A stretch of 64,000 nucleotides of DNA from Callorhinchus milii. Its lineage: Eukaryota. Each line of letters starts with the position of its first letter. Positions within the stretch are counted from its first letter, which is position 1. The stretch covers positions 96,536,001 through 96,600,000 of the forward strand of contig NW_024704743.1 of NCBI RefSeq assembly GCF_018977255.1, in the 5' to 3' direction. Positions 62,301 through 64,000 of the stretch are shown here, piece after piece. The translations under genes were made by a program, and so were the position numbers. Under the pieces are notes generated by a model, which searched no databases, had not been told where the DNA came from, and was given only the letters and a program-made list of their open reading frames with translations.

Positions 62301-63409
62301 TAAAGTGAGTAAAGCATAATTTCAATCAAGTTACATGATGACAATGCACGTTAAGGTTCTCATTAGCTCACCCTTTCCATAAATGAACCCAAAGAGCTAG
62401 ATGTTTCTATAACATTGTGCAAAATAATTGGAGAATTTTGTACAATGTCATATTTACTTTCAAGCAGCTAAAATCCCCAAATAATGACAACTTCTCTTAA
62501 TTAAGACATGAAGTTCAGTGAATATTCAGATCCTTGTTTAAAATAGTACTAATTAAAAAGTAAAATGTGCTGATGTTCATCAGACTATTACAGTACAACT
62601 GCTGATTCACATAAACGTTGAAGAACTGGATTCCCTATTGGAGATGCAGTATTTATAATTTGTCCAAGAACGCTTCCCAAAATATCCTAATCATATGTTC
62701 AGTAATTTAAAGACCTTTATTATGAAAATCTTCGCATGCATCACATTTTTTGTGCAGCAAAGTGAGTTAGTGAGATCAATTATTTAACAATGAATAATCG
62801 AATGGCAAAAACACAGTCAGTCAGGAATGCACAGTAGATTATTTTCCTCTTCCAACTTGTACCTTCTTATTCAATCTTTTGAATGCCAATTAATTCCCAC
62901 CACCTTTTAAATTATACAGCATACCACAGTAATGTGAAAGTCAGAATCACTGAAAGGTGCCTCGATTCTGCAGTTCTTTAAATACTGAATGCTTTGAAGC
63001 ATAATAAACACAATTTCCCTCAACAAGCTTTTTATATGCATGATGGTTAATGTTGCAAGTATAGGCAAATATTATAACAGCTATCGTATCTGCAGGTGAA
63101 AATTAATTCATAACCTTGTTTCCTACATTTATTTTCAGATTAAAATATTTATTCAGGGTTTACAGTAACATCTGAGAGGCTGCAAGCATTTATTCCAATA
63201 TTTTGACCGAAAAATCAGAAGCTCGATTTTTTTTCCCCTTTCAGGAATTGCTAGCAAATTATGTGATGTTAACAACCACTGAATTGGCAAGCACAATTCT
63301 ATGAATTTAAGAGAGTATGAATTCATATTAATTCATGACACATATCTTCTGAATTGCGGGACACAGAATTTCACAGTAAAGGGTGCTCAAGGTCAACTCA
63401 AACATTGCT

Positions 63410-63565
63410 GTGGTTTCTTTCACTGTTTGCTGTGCGCAGTTGTCTGCCATGTTTCGCCCACAGAATATACAGTCAATTCACTTTACAGTATATTCTGTGA
63501 AGCGCTTTCAGATGTCTCGAAAACATGATAAGGCCCTATATCAAATGCAACAATTATTATTATTA
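63410..63565 (+). mobile_element. SINE 3' tail
   Basis: Matches 21925-22073. Confidence 0.8.
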
Positions 63566-63569
63566 AGGG

Positions 63570-64000
63570 ATAGAGTTATGAGGAAAGATTGGTTATCCTG
63601 AACCTTTTTTCTCTTGAAAAGGGAAGACTAAAGGAGGACTAGATAGAACTATTTAAAAGTTTATAGGAAGACACTTAAAAATGCAAATTAGTTTCCCTGC
63701 TATGACAAGTGGTCAAAGCTTCAAAATAAGACTGACAAAAGAGAATAGAAAGTGCAGAAAATTTTTCCTTTAGCGATAGAGTGCTAAATATGTTGAATAA
63801 ATTAGTGAACAAAATATTCAGCAAAAGTGGTGGAACAAAGAATTGTGAAGGGTTTCACAAAGGAATTAGTCACGTTCTTGGAAAATTATTCAGCCTGATA
63901 AGAGGATGAGATAGGTACATGAGGGAGAAAGGAATAGAAGGTTATGCTTGAAGGCTTAGCTAAGGAAGGGCAGGAGGAGGCTCAAGTGGAGCATAAACAC
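63570..64000 (+). mobile_element. Degenerate CR1-like 3' sequence running off the window
   Basis: SYEERL...[18 protein letters not shown] remnant; the window ends in GGCTCAAGTGGAGCATAAACAC, typical of a CR1 3' UTR. Confidence 0.65.

Overview
Vertebrate nuclear DNA, with no prokaryotic features. The repeat content (dense L2-clade LINE 3' ends, tRNA-headed SINEs with L2-like tails, CR1 3' ends) points to a cartilaginous fish; this assignment is inference. Two protein-coding regions are supportable. The first is the single coding exon of PLEKHF2/Phafin2 (23277-24023, +), followed by a long, almost repeat-free putative 3' UTR that holds a TA-flanked MITE with a strong internal hairpin. The second is an orphan class A GPCR with an uninterrupted 7TM ORF (8377-9387, -), non-canonical motifs, a Cys-rich outer face and a likely N-terminal ectodomain one base out of frame. 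The main structural feature surrounds a 25-N gap (36959-36983), where the locus occurs twice as X-P-Y | X'-Q-Y'. The second copy lacks the 8.8 kb segment P, which carries all of the PLEKHF2 coding sequence, and the first copy lacks the 2.3 kb segment Q. A young SINE with an unusual 135-nt 5' filler is present in only one Y copy. The rest is AT-rich intronic or intergenic DNA with decayed retroelements. Repeat boundaries were judged by eye and are approximate.
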